Origin: Clostridia bacterium
Lineage (GTDB): Bacteria > Bacillota > Clostridia > Acetivibrionales > DSM-27016
Direction of reading: 5' to 3'
Assembly: GCA_026414765.1 (NCBI GenBank)
Contig: JAOAIJ010000047.1
Span: 27,297 to 91,296, forward strand
Length of the DNA stretch: 64,000 nucleotides
In this document: piece after piece, positions 10,707-20,372 of the stretch
How the letters are laid out: every line of letters starts with the position of its first letter
Numbering within the stretch: position 1 is the first letter of the stretch
Translations under genes and position numbers: made by a program
Notes under the pieces: generated by a model
Database searches by the model: none
What the model was told of the DNA's origin: nothing
What the model saw: only the letters and a program-made list of their open reading frames with translations

Positions 10707-12512
10707 TTGAAATTCTACAAAGACAAAATATGGTATTCCACTTTGCTTTCTATACTGATGAAAAGTATAGTGTTTATTGGATTTACAGTTGATAAAACAC
10801 ATTACAGCTTTAATCTGACCGCTGCTTTTAAAAAAGCATTGCCCTGCATATACTATTACGTAAGCTTCATAGTTATCTTTATTTCCTTTGCTTTTCTGTT
10901 TAAAAACCGGGCACGGGTGTGGTATCTAATTATTGTTAATTTGCTGGCTTCAGTGCTTATCCTGACAGATCTGCTGTATTACAGGGGCTTTGACACCATG
11001 CCTTCTTTGCATTTGCTTCAGCAAACTGCAAATCTGGATAATCTCTCAGACAGTATATTTTCGCTATTACATTGGATCGATTCAATTTTCTTCATAGACA
11101 TTATTATTTTGATAGTATTTTTGTTAAGAAAGAAAGAATTGTACAAAAATGCTGAAAGAGCCATAACTGCTTCAGTAGTAATGCTGCTAGTATCAATCGG
11201 AGTAATAGCATATATTCCCGTAAAGGTAGATGTACTTAAGTTTAAAGACCCTGCTATTTACTATTTCCGTTTGTATGATCCTAATATAACAGTCAGGAAC
11301 CTTTCTCCGATAGGATATCACATTTTTAATGCATATGCGTTTTGGAAAGACAGTCAGCCATATAAAATGACCTCAGCAGAAGCTGATGAAGTATCCTCAT
11401 GGTTTGAGGAAAAGAAAGAATTCATTTCTGATAACAAGTATAAGGGTATGTTTATAGGCAAAAACTTGATATTCATACAGCTTGAGTCCTTTGAGAGATT
11501 TGTTCTGAAACAAAAGATTTTTGGTCAGGAAGTAACTCCAAACCTTAATAAAATGCTTGAACACAGTCTGTATTTTCCAAATACATACGAACAGGTCAAC
11601 CAGGGTCAGAGTTCGGATGGAGACTTGATTGCCAATACTTCAGTATATCCTTTAAGACAGGGGAGCACTTTTTTCAGTTATCCTTACACAGTATATAACT
11701 CTTTGCCAAACCTGCTTAAGGGTATCGGCTATTACACAATTGCCCTTCATCCTGACAAGGGCTCCTATTGGAACTGGATGCCGGCTTTGGATTCTATGGG
11801 CTTTGACAAGTGTGTAGATTCCTCGGGGTTTGTTATCGATGAGAAAATAGGTATGGGATTAAGTGACGGTTCATTCTTAAAACAAGTAGAATCCATACTG
11901 GCGAAGCAAAAACAGCCATTTTATTCCTTTATGGTTACACTGTCGAGTCATGCTCCGTTTGATCTGCCTGAAAAGTATTGGGAGCTTAAGCTGAATGAGG
12001 AACTCGACAAGTCTACTCTTGGAGGATATTTCCAAAGCGCGCGCTATGTAGATACACAAATCGGATTTTTTCTGGACAGGTTGCGGCAGGATAATCTCCT
12101 GGATAACTCAGTCATCGTAATATACGGCGATCACTGCGGTGTCCATAAATTTTATCCCAAAGATGTTCAGAAAATCAGTAATCCTGAGAAATGGTGGCTT
12201 GAAAATAATGGACAAATTCCTTTCATTGTTTATCAAAACAATTTCCAGGGTGAAGAGATAAAAACTATTGGAGGCCAAATAGACATCCTCCCTACTGTTG
12301 CATACTTAATGGGAGTTGATGAAGAGAAATATCAATACACATCAATGGGTAGAAACCTGCTGAAAACAAACAGGAGCTTCGTTGTGTTGAAGAATAGAAA
12401 ATTCATATATGATCCGGGTAGTGAACAGTTCAAGGAGTCTGCCGTTAAAGGCCTGGATCTGGCTGACATAATCATTAAGAGCAATTATTTCAAAAAATAT
12501 ATAAAGAATTAG
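10707..12512 (+). CDS. LTA-synthase-family (sulfatase/phosphoglycerol transferase-like) membrane protein, paralogue 1
   Basis: TTG start 7 nt after AAGGGTGA. About 5 N-terminal TM segments, then a sulfatase domain (IFIQLESFE, GQSSDGD, LSSHAPF, YGDHCG). Confidence 0.75.
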   Translation: MKFYKDKIWYSTLLSILMKSIVFIGFTVDKTHYSFNLTAAFKKALPCIYYYVSFIVIFISFAFLFKNRARVWYLIIVNLLASVLILTDLLYYRGFDTMPSLHLLQQTANLDNLSDSIFSLLHWIDSIFFIDIIILIVFLLRKKELYKNAERAITASVVMLLVSIGVIAYIPVKVDVLKFKDPAIYYFRLYDPNITVRNLSPIGYHIFNAYAFWKDSQPYKMTSAEADEVSSWFEEKKEFISDNKYKGMFIGKNLIFIQLESFERFVLKQKIFGQEVTPNLNKMLEHSLYFPNTYEQVNQGQSSDGDLIANTSVYPLRQGSTFFSYPYTVYNSLPNLLKGIGYYTIALHPDKGSYWNWMPALDSMGFDKCVDSSGFVIDEKIGMGLSDGSFLKQVESILAKQKQPFYSFMVTLSSHAPFDLPEKYWELKLNEELDKSTLGGYFQSARYVDTQIGFFLDRLRQDNLLDNSVIVIYGDHCGVHKFYPKDVQKISNPEKWWLENNGQIPFIVYQNNFQGEEIKTIGGQIDILPTVAYLMGVDEEKYQYTSMGRNLLKTNRSFVVLKNRKFIYDPGSEQFKESAVKGLDLADIIIKSNYFKKYIKN

Positions 12513-12610
12513 CAAAACGAGTGAATTTATCGGGAAATTATTATAGTAGCGCTTTTTGTAAACTAAGTGTAAAATATATATGTATTTTAAAACACTCAAG
12601 GAGATAATCA

Positions 12611-13969
12611 ATGATAAGTCCTTTTGAAGTTATGGAAACTATAAAAATGATACAAGAAGAAAATCTTGATATCAGAACCATTACCATGGGTATATCACTT
12701 AGGGATTGCTGCCATTCTGAAGGTATTATCGCCCGTAAAAAGATATATGATAAAATAACACGGTTTGCATCAAATCTGATAAAAGTGGGAGAAGATATAG
12801 AAAAGGAATACGGCATACCCATTATAAACAAGAGAATATCTGTAACCCCCATATCCATGATTGCAGAAAGCTGTGACGAAGAAGACTATGTAAGATTTGC
12901 AGAAACCCTGGATAAAGCTGCTGAAGCTGTGGGAGTAAACTTTATCGGCGGTTTTTCGGCTCTTGTACACAAAGGCTATACAGTAGGTGACAGAAAGCTT
13001 ATCAATTCTATACCTGAAGCCTTAAGTACAACAAAGAAGGTGTGTTCTTCAGTAAATCTGGCTACCACGAAAGCAGGCATAAATATGGATGCCGTGAGCG
13101 AAATGGGGCAGATAATCAAGAGAACCGCTGAACTGACAGCTAAAGACGACGGTCTTGGCTGTGCAAAACTGGTAGTATTCGCAAATGTACCTGAGGATAA
13201 CCCGTTTATGGCAGGCGCATTTCATGGAGTCGGTGAGCCGGAATGTGTAATAAACGTAGGTGTCAGCGGTCCAGGTGCTGTAAAGTGTGCCCTTGAAAAG
13301 GTAAAAGGCGCTGATTTCGGTACAGTAGCCGAAACAATCAAGAAAACAGCCTTTAAAATAACCAGAATGGGACAACTTGTTGCACAGGAAGCTTCCAGAA
13401 GGCTTCATGTGCCCTTTGGGATAGTAGATTTATCTTTGGCTCCTACACCGGCAATCGGGGACAGTGTAGCCTATATCCTGGAGGAAATGGGCCTGGAAAA
13501 ATGCGGTACTCATGGTACTACTGCTGCGTTAGCCCTTCTGAATGATGCGGTAAAAAAAGGCGGTACAATGGCTTCCTCCTATGTAGGAGGTTTAAGCGGT
13601 GCCTTTATACCAGTCAGTGAAGATGCAGGCATGATTGATGCAGTCGTCAAAGGTGCTCTTTCCATTGACAAGCTCGAAGCTATGACCTGTGTCTGTTCAG
13701 TTGGTCTGGACATGATTGTTGTTCCGGGTAAAACCAGTGCTGAAACAATTTCGGCGATTATAGCAGATGAAGTAGCTATTGGAGTAATTAACAATAAGAC
13801 AACAGCTGTCAGGATAATTCCGGCACCGGGCAAAGATGTGGGCGACATAGTAGAGTTCGGCGGCCTGCTGGGTTCCGGACCTGTAATGAAGGTTAACGGA
13901 TTCAGCAGCACAGAGTTCATAAAGCGCGGCGGAAGAATTCCGGCCCCAATACACAGTCTTAGAAATTAA
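12611..13969 (+). CDS. UPF0210 / DUF711 (PFL-like fold) family protein
   Basis: AAGGAGA RBS. N-terminus [33 protein letters not shown] and the 452-aa length are typical of the UPF0210 family. Confidence 0.8.
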   Translation: MISPFEVMETIKMIQEENLDIRTITMGISLRDCCHSEGIIARKKIYDKITRFASNLIKVGEDIEKEYGIPIINKRISVTPISMIAESCDEEDYVRFAETLDKAAEAVGVNFIGGFSALVHKGYTVGDRKLINSIPEALSTTKKVCSSVNLATTKAGINMDAVSEMGQIIKRTAELTAKDDGLGCAKLVVFANVPEDNPFMAGAFHGVGEPECVINVGVSGPGAVKCALEKVKGADFGTVAETIKKTAFKITRMGQLVAQEASRRLHVPFGIVDLSLAPTPAIGDSVAYILEEMGLEKCGTHGTTAALALLNDAVKKGGTMASSYVGGLSGAFIPVSEDAGMIDAVVKGALSIDKLEAMTCVCSVGLDMIVVPGKTSAETISAIIADEVAIGVINNKTTAVRIIPAPGKDVGDIVEFGGLLGSGPVMKVNGFSSTEFIKRGGRIPAPIHSLRN

Positions 13970-13985
13970 ACGAGGAGTGATAACT

Positions 13986-14258
13986 ATGGTGAAAGCGGTT
14001 ATAACCGTTATCGGTCAGGACAAAGTGGGAATAATAGCTTCTATCAGCAATATACTTGCAGAATTCAATGTCAACATACTGGATATTTCTCAGACAATCA
14101 TGCAGGAAGTTTTTACTATGATAATGATGACTGACATTTCTCAAATGAATACAAGCTTTTCCATACTGTCCGATAAGCTTGAAAACAAGGGAAAAGAGCT
14201 TGATTTATCAGTTAAGATCCAGCACGTGGATATTTTCAACTCCATGCATAGAATATAG
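13986..14258 (+). CDS. ACT domain protein (UPF0237 family), the usual partner of UPF0210
   Basis: GAGGAG RBS 8 nt before ATG 13986. MVKAVITVIGQDKVGIIASISNILAEFNVNILDISQT. Confidence 0.8.
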   Translation: MVKAVITVIGQDKVGIIASISNILAEFNVNILDISQTIMQEVFTMIMMTDISQMNTSFSILSDKLENKGKELDLSVKIQHVDIFNSMHRI

Positions 14259-14290
14259 CTATCGGAATTCCCTGAAGCAGGTAAGTATTT

Positions 14291-14324
14291 AAAAAGGCGA
14301 TACCCTCAAGTATCGCCTTTTATA
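14291..14324. terminator. bidirectional rho-independent terminator (ACT gene / citrate synthase)
   Basis: AAGGCGATAC-CCTCAA-GTATCGCCTT flanked by A5 and T4. Confidence 0.85.
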
Positions 14325-14328
14325 TTGT

Positions 14329-15684
14329 TTATCTTTCATTAATCGGAATATATGTCTTACCTCTTACAACACTCTTGTAAGCCGGTCTTATGATTCTCTG
14401 TACCCCTATTAGCTCCTCTATTCTATGAGCACACCAGCCTACAATTCTTGATACAGCAAAAATCGGTGTAAACAATTCCGGCGGTATATTCATCATACTG
14501 TAAACAAAACCGGAGTAAAAATCGACATTTGCAGCTATATCCTTACCGGAACCCTTAACCTCCATAAAAATCTTTGGAGCCAATCTCTCGATTGTTGTGT
14601 AAAGATTAAATTCATCTATTTTTCCTGTTTCCTTAGCCAAACCCTCAGCCTTTTCTTTTAGAAGAATGGATCTTGGATCCGAAAGCGTATATACCGCATG
14701 GCCTACACCATAGATAAGTCCTGATTTGTCATACGCTTCTTTTCTCAATATTTTCGCGAGATACTCAGCTACTTCTTCTTCATCTGCCCAGTTGGATATA
14801 TTTGCTTTTATATCCTCCATCATACTCATTACTTTATTATTTGCTCCACCATGTTTGGGACCTTTTAGAGAACCGACAGCAGCCGCTATAGCCGAATAAG
14901 TATCAGTACCTGAAGACGATACTACCCTCGTTGCAAACGCAGAGTTGTTGCCCCCACCATGTTCTGCGTGAAGAACAAGCGCAAGATCAAGAAGTTCTGC
15001 TTCTTCACTTGTATACTTATTATCAGGTCTGATAAGATACAATATATTTTCTGCTATGCTTAATTCAGCCTGAGGCATATGTATAAAAAGACTTTTGCCT
15101 CCATAATAATGTGACTTTGCCTGATATGCATAAGCTACCATTGTAGGGAAACGTGCAATCAATTCAAGACTTTGCCTCAACATATTGCTTAAGCTTGTAT
15201 CATCCGGATTTGGATCATAAGAATAACATGCAAGAACACTTCTTGCCAGCTTATTCATAATGTCCATACTAGGCGCCTTTAATATCATGTCTTCAGTAAA
15301 ATTGTCCGGAAGTGTACGGTACTGTCCGATAAGTTCATTGAATTGGTCAAGTCTGGCTTTGTCAGGAAGCTCCCCAAACAAAAGGAGATAGCATACTTCC
15401 TCAAATCCAAACCTTTTCTCACTCTGAAATCCTTCTACTATATCCCTTACGTCTATACCTCTGTAGCTTAGGCGGCCTTCATCAGGTTTTCTTTCACCTT
15501 CGTCTATGACATAGCCATGCACCTCTCCTATACCGGTGAGTCCTACCAATACTCCTGTGCCGTCACTATTTCTCAAACCTCTTTTTACATTATATTTAGT
15601 ATAAAAGTCAGGATCGATTTTACAGTTGTTCTCAACTAAATATGATAATTCATTTATTATTTTCGTCATTTTATCCATAGTCAT
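14329..15684 (-). CDS. citrate synthase
   Basis: GAGAGGAGC RBS. Citrate synthase motifs LHAEHGGGNNSAF and GSLKGPKHGGANNKV. Confidence 0.9.
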   Translation of the reverse strand: MTMDKMTKIINELSYLVENNCKIDPDFYTKYNVKRGLRNSDGTGVLVGLTGIGEVHGYVIDEGERKPDEGRLSYRGIDVRDIVEGFQSEKRFGFEEVCYLLLFGELPDKARLDQFNELIGQYRTLPDNFTEDMILKAPSMDIMNKLARSVLACYSYDPNPDDTSLSNMLRQSLELIARFPTMVAYAYQAKSHYYGGKSLFIHMPQAELSIAENILYLIRPDNKYTSEEAELLDLALVLHAEHGGGNNSAFATRVVSSSGTDTYSAIAAAVGSLKGPKHGGANNKVMSMMEDIKANISNWADEEEVAEYLAKILRKEAYDKSGLIYGVGHAVYTLSDPRSILLKEKAEGLAKETGKIDEFNLYTTIERLAPKIFMEVKGSGKDIAANVDFYSGFVYSMMNIPPELFTPIFAVSRIVGWCAHRIEELIGVQRIIRPAYKSVVRGKTYIPINER

Positions 15685-15952
15685 TGCAAGCTCCTCTCAA
15701 TCCCATAAATATTGTTTATTTTATCACAAACACAACAAAGCTGCAAGGATGAAAAGCAACTATGTCAAAAATCGAATAAATATGACATTTGCTATTTTTT
15801 ATGCTCCTATTTTGCAAGCTTCTCAAGACGTTGCATGTATAATTATACTTTCTTGTGAATAATTAATTACATCTTCCTTCATATCCGCATCTGGAATTTC
15901 TTTTATGCATTAATTCAGATAAGCAAACTAAACAGCATTACCAACCTGTAAT

Positions 15953-16234
15953 TCAGCCGTTCAAATAACAGTCCACACATAAAACATCACCTTCCGGCTC
16001 ATCCTTATATGCTTTTTTCAATTCCTTACCGCATTTTGCGCACTTGACAATCGCAAACACATCCTCGCCGTCATCAAAAAGATAATTCCCGCATGTTTCC
16101 TCACAACCTTCACCCATACACTCTTCACACTTTTCAGAAGGATAACCGTGAATACACTCATACCTTTCCTCACCGCTCTCCTCAGTTATTATACTTTTTA
16201 GATTTTTACAGCTGTTGCACACGCATTCTTTCAT
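15953..16234 (-). CDS. small acidic cysteine-rich protein (12 Cys, C-terminal CxxC...CxxC zinc-ribbon-like)
   Basis: AAGGAGA RBS. Cys at residues 4, 6, 9, 27, 36, 39, 44, 48, 65, 68, 86 and 89 of 93 aa. Confidence 0.6.
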   Translation of the reverse strand: MKECVCNSCKNLKSIITEESGEERYECIHGYPSEKCEECMGEGCEETCGNYLFDDGEDVFAIVKCAKCGKELKKAYKDEPEGDVLCVDCYLNG

Positions 16235-16355
16235 TCCTGCTTTCTCCTTTAAAAAAACAATAGAGGTAGTATAACTACCTCTATAATTCTAATATATACT
16301 ATTATTCCTGTCTATCAGAATACTATTATCTTACTTCCTAAAAAGTATATTTATT

Positions 16356-16745
16356 TTATTGCTTTACCGGAGCAGTACTTCTCTTGAATATCAAATACCC
16401 TATCCACCCAAATATCAGTGCCGTTAGAAGCGCGTGATAATTCATGTATCCGTATGAGGCAAGCAATCCCTGAAAAACGTTTATTACCTGAATTATCCCA
16501 TATGTAAAAAAACCTATATACAGCATTTTCTGATTAAAACCTGCATATGTCAATAATAACCCAAGTAGAAAGATATAGTACGCTATTGAATAAAGAAGAC
16601 TTCCGACACTGATAAATTCGTTTAGGATCATTACACCCAATCCACCAATCAGAAGAATGATATCAAGTGGAAGCAGAATCTTAAAAAAAGAATGATTGCT
16701 AAAAAATGTTTTAAGCTCATTGCTGATATTCTTAAAAGCTCCCAT
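16356..16745 (-). CDS. hypothetical integral membrane protein (about 4 TM)
   Basis: AAAGGAGTG RBS. Hydrophobic segments run throughout the 129 aa. Confidence 0.6.
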   Translation of the reverse strand: MGAFKNISNELKTFFSNHSFFKILLPLDIILLIGGLGVMILNEFISVGSLLYSIAYYIFLLGLLLTYAGFNQKMLYIGFFTYGIIQVINVFQGLLASYGYMNYHALLTALIFGWIGYLIFKRSTAPVKQ

Positions 16746-16899
16746 ATACGCACTCCTTTCATATAAGTCAACGATTTATGCCGCACCGGCACAAAGAGTT
16801 GAATTTTTAAATCACAAATACGATCAGTAATATAAATATGGCTTTGAATATCATAGTAGAACTAATAAGTTAACCTGCCCAGCCGGTTTGATGAAATTC

Positions 16900-16940
16900 A
16901 AAAGGCAGATATGAGCAATTCACGCTCACATCTGCCTTTT
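16900..16940 (-). terminator. rho-independent terminator of asnS
   Basis: GGCAGATATGAGC-loop-GCTCACATCTGCC. The single mismatch becomes a G-U pair only in the minus-strand RNA. Followed by TTTTGAATTT. Confidence 0.8.
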
Positions 16941-16969
16941 GCCGTATAATTATCAAAACTCTGTTATTG

Positions 16970-18364
16970 TCAGAAATCCGCAGACTTCGTAGTCCTTGGA
17001 AAGGGAATGACATCTCTTATGTTTGTCATGCCTGTCATATACATTATGGCTCTTTCAAATCCGAGTCCAAACCCGGCATGTTTGGTTCCGCCATACTTCC
17101 TCAGTTCAAGATACCACCAGTAATCTTCCTTGCAGAGGCCAAGCTCATCCAGTCTTCTCTCCAAAAATTCAAGCCTTTCTTCCCTCTGACTACCGCCAAT
17201 TATCTCTCCTACACCAGGTACCAGCAAGTCCATTGCTGCCACGGTTTTGTTATCATCGTTAAGTCTCATGTAAAAAGCCTTAATTTCTTTCGGATAGTCG
17301 GTTACAAAGACCGGCTTTTTGTACACTTGCTCAGTAAGATATCTTTCATGTTCTGTCTGCAGATCACTTCCCCATTCCACAGGGTATTCAAACTTATCCT
17401 TGTTTTTCTTCAATATTTCTATAGCCTCAGTATAAGTTACATGTCCGAAATCAGAATTTACTATATTATTCAATCTATCCAAGAGAGTGTTGTCAACAAA
17501 ATTATTGAAAAACTCCATTTCTTCGGGAGCATTTTCCATAACATAATTAATAATAAACTTGAGCATATCCTCAGCAAGTTTCATATCATCCTTCAGATCA
17601 GCAAAGGCTATTTCAGGCTCTATCATCCAGAATTCAGCGGCATGCCTTGCAGTATTTGAGTTTTCAGCTCTGAAAGTAGGGCCGAAAGTATATATGTTTC
17701 TGAACGCCATGCAGTATGCCTCACCGGCAAGCTGTCCACTGACCGTCAAATTTGTTGCCTTTCCGAAAAAATCTTTTGAAAAATCGATATCACCCTGTTG
17801 GCTTTTAGGAATATTATCAAGATCAAAGGTGGTAACCCTGAACATTTCTCCTGCGCCCTCGCAATCACTCCCAGTTATTATCGGAGTGTGAACATTTACA
17901 AAACCTCTTTCCTGAAAAAACTTATGAATGGCGTATGCAGCCAGCGACCTGATTCTGAATACCGCTGAAAACGCGTTCGTTCTAGGCCTTAAGTGTGCAA
18001 TTGTTCTCAGAAACTCGAAGGAATGTCTTTTTTTCTGCAACGGGTATTCGGGTGGGCATTGCCCTTCAACTATTATTTTGTCGGCCTTTATCTCAAAAGG
18101 CTGTTTTGCATTTGGTGTTTCTACTAGTTCGCCTTCTACTATAATAGATGCACCGACTCCAAGTTTGGATATCTCTTTGAAGTTGGATATCCTGGCCTCT
18201 TCAAACACCACCTGTATGCTCTTAAAGAAGGAACCGTCATTTATCTCTATAAATCCGAATGTTTTGGAATCCCTTACAGTCCTCACCCATCCGGAAATCC
18301 TAACAGTCTGATTAACTGATTCTTTTATTTCTCTGTATAATTGCTTTATCGTCTTATTCAGCAT
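16970..18364 (-). CDS. asnS: asparagine--tRNA ligase
   Basis: Class IIb aaRS motifs [29 protein letters not shown] and [41 protein letters not shown]. Confidence 0.93.
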   Translation of the reverse strand: MLNKTIKQLYREIKESVNQTVRISGWVRTVRDSKTFGFIEINDGSFFKSIQVVFEEARISNFKEISKLGVGASIIVEGELVETPNAKQPFEIKADKIIVEGQCPPEYPLQKKRHSFEFLRTIAHLRPRTNAFSAVFRIRSLAAYAIHKFFQERGFVNVHTPIITGSDCEGAGEMFRVTTFDLDNIPKSQQGDIDFSKDFFGKATNLTVSGQLAGEAYCMAFRNIYTFGPTFRAENSNTARHAAEFWMIEPEIAFADLKDDMKLAEDMLKFIINYVMENAPEEMEFFNNFVDNTLLDRLNNIVNSDFGHVTYTEAIEILKKNKDKFEYPVEWGSDLQTEHERYLTEQVYKKPVFVTDYPKEIKAFYMRLNDDNKTVAAMDLLVPGVGEIIGGSQREERLEFLERRLDELGLCKEDYWWYLELRKYGGTKHAGFGLGFERAIMYMTGMTNIRDVIPFPRTTKSADF

Positions 18365-18412
18365 ATTGGGTTATTCCTCCCTACAAAACCAGAATTATAT
18401 ATATGTTTTCCC

Positions 18413-19435
18413 TTATAGCAATTTTATATTTGCTTTTTCACATTCTTCAATCATTTCACCAGGCCATACAGAGGCTTGTACTTCCCCTATATGAGCTTTT
18501 CCAAGGAAAAACATGCATATTCTGGATTGACCTATCCCGCCGCCGGCAGTATAAGGGAGTTTTCCTTCAAGTAAATCTCTATGGAATTTATAATGCATAC
18601 GGTCCACACAACCTGCAAGCTTTAATTGAACCGCAAGTGATGCTTCATCTACTCTTATTCCCATTGATGATACTTCAAAAGCCCTATTTAGAACCGGATA
18701 CCAGAATACTATATCACCGTTAAGAGACCAGTCATCATAGTCGGGAGCTCTTCCATCATGCTTTATGCCTGATTTCAAAGTCCCACCTATCTGCATTATA
18801 AACACAGCTTTTTTCTCTTTTGAAATCATATCTTCTCTTTGTTTCGGGGTAAGATGGGGGTACATATCTTCCAGTTCCTGCGTAGTGATAAACGTTATGT
18901 TATCCGGAAGATATCTGTCTAACGAAGGGTATAAATCGCATATGTAGTCTTCTGTCCTTTTAAACACCCTAAATATGCTTTCTACTATCTCTTTCAGTTT
19001 TTCTACCGTACGGTTTTCTCTTGAGATTATAAGCTCCCAATCCCACTGGTCTACATATACAGAATGCAGATTATCCAGGTCCTCGTCTCTGCGGATAGCA
19101 TTCATATCTGTATATAATCCTTCATCCATGCTGAAGCCATAGGATTTCAAGGCCATACGTTTCCACTTCGCCAGTGAGTGTACTATTTCAACAGTAGCAC
19201 CTCCTATGCCTTTGACATCAAACGCAACAGGTCTTTCTACTCCATTGAGATTATCATTCATACCGGTTTCCGCACGCAGATATAACGGTGCTGAGACTCT
19301 TGCAAGGTTTAGTTGTTTTGCTAATTCATTTTCAAAGAAATCCTTTAATACTTTAATAGCTCTTTCGGTTTCTCTGACGGATAAGGCAGGTTGGTAATTG
19401 TCAGGAATTATAAGGTTATCGCTTCTTCGCTCCAT
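18413..19435 (-). CDS. asnA: aspartate--ammonia ligase (asparagine synthetase A)
   Basis: 340 aa. AsnA-type N-terminus ...[33 protein letters not shown] and C-terminal [14 protein letters not shown]. Confidence 0.9.
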   Translation of the reverse strand: MERRSDNLIIPDNYQPALSVRETERAIKVLKDFFENELAKQLNLARVSAPLYLRAETGMNDNLNGVERPVAFDVKGIGGATVEIVHSLAKWKRMALKSYGFSMDEGLYTDMNAIRRDEDLDNLHSVYVDQWDWELIISRENRTVEKLKEIVESIFRVFKRTEDYICDLYPSLDRYLPDNITFITTQELEDMYPHLTPKQREDMISKEKKAVFIMQIGGTLKSGIKHDGRAPDYDDWSLNGDIVFWYPVLNRAFEVSSMGIRVDEASLAVQLKLAGCVDRMHYKFHRDLLEGKLPYTAGGGIGQSRICMFFLGKAHIGEVQASVWPGEMIEECEKANIKLL

Positions 19436-19589
19436 ACTATTTTTGTCCCCTTTGTCAAAAATATTTTCAAGAGAAATTATATCACTTGAATACGTAAAAA
19501 TCCAATTATATAATTCTCAATTTTTATATATATATCAAATGGTTTCCACATTTTGATATATTTCTTCCAATGATATCAATATAGTATAT

Positions 19590-19626
19590 GTAAAAGGATG
19601 CCTTAATAATCTTAAGGCATCCTTTT
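19590..19626 (-). terminator. rho-independent terminator of pflA (the stem includes the stop codon)
   Basis: AAGGATGCCTTAA-5 nt-TTAAGGCATCCTT (13 bp) followed by TTTTAC on the minus strand. Confidence 0.8.
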
Positions 19627-20343
19627 CATCCACCTGCTTTCCAATATGTTTATTGCTTTTTGTATCTGCTCTTCAGTCGGGCTTTCTATTCCTTCAAGAG
19701 GATATTTTTCCCCCAACTTCTCCCACTTGAAGGCTCCCATATTATGATAAGGAAGAACTTCAATTTTTTCTATATTGTCCAGTTCCCCAATAAACTCAGC
19801 TGCAGCTTTTAAATCACTTTCATCATCCGTATATCCGGGCACCAGTACATACCGTATCCAAACAGGAATTCCCTTTTCACTGAGGTAGCGGGCAAACTTC
19901 CTGATCTTTTGGTTACTCACGCCTGTCAGATTAATATGCTTTTCATCTATCGCATGCTTCAAATCCAGCAGCACCAAGTCGGTAAGCCCAAGCAGACGGG
20001 TTACCTTTTCCGTATCAATAAAACCTGAAGTGTCTAAAGCAGTATGTATTCCCATCTCCTTGCACTTTTCAAAAAGCTCTGTTACGAATTCAGCCTGAAG
20101 TGTAGGTTCTCCCCCGGAAACAGTTATTCCACCGCGTGAAAACTTCATATAGCTGCTGTATTTCTTAAGTTCCTTGATAATATCATCAGTGGTATACCGG
20201 CTGCCTCCTGACGCGTCCCAGGTATCTCTGTTATGACAGTAAGCGCATCTCAGCGGGCATCCCTGCATAAATACAACAAACCTGATGCCAGGCCCGTCTA
20301 CTGTACCAAAGGTCTCAAATGAATGTATGTTTCCGGTAATCAT
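19612..20343 (-). CDS. pflA: pyruvate formate-lyase activating enzyme (radical SAM)
   Basis: CPLRCAYCHNRDTW cluster motif. Start moved to ATG 20343 (MITGNIHSFETFGTVDGPGIRFV), which has a GGGGG RBS 7 nt upstream. Confidence 0.92.
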   Translation of the reverse strand: MITGNIHSFETFGTVDGPGIRFVVFMQGCPLRCAYCHNRDTWDASGGSRYTTDDIIKELKKYSSYMKFSRGGITVSGGEPTLQAEFVTELFEKCKEMGIHTALDTSGFIDTEKVTRLLGLTDLVLLDLKHAIDEKHINLTGVSNQKIRKFARYLSEKGIPVWIRYVLVPGYTDDESDLKAAAEFIGELDNIEKIEVLPYHNMGAFKWEKLGEKYPLEGIESPTEEQIQKAINILESRWMKRMP

Positions 20344-20372
20344 ATAAGCTGCCCCCATTCATTACACGATTT

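Noticed and set aside
16967-17659. 230-aa plus-strand ORF
   Set aside because: It is antisense to asnS, whose class II aaRS motifs are unambiguous.
19436-19611. Possible T-box leader upstream of asnA-asnS
   Set aside because: The region is only about 175 nt and extremely AT-rich. It has no GGTGG-containing T-box sequence, no specifier-loop architecture and no terminator/antiterminator pair. Part of it is the pflA terminator.
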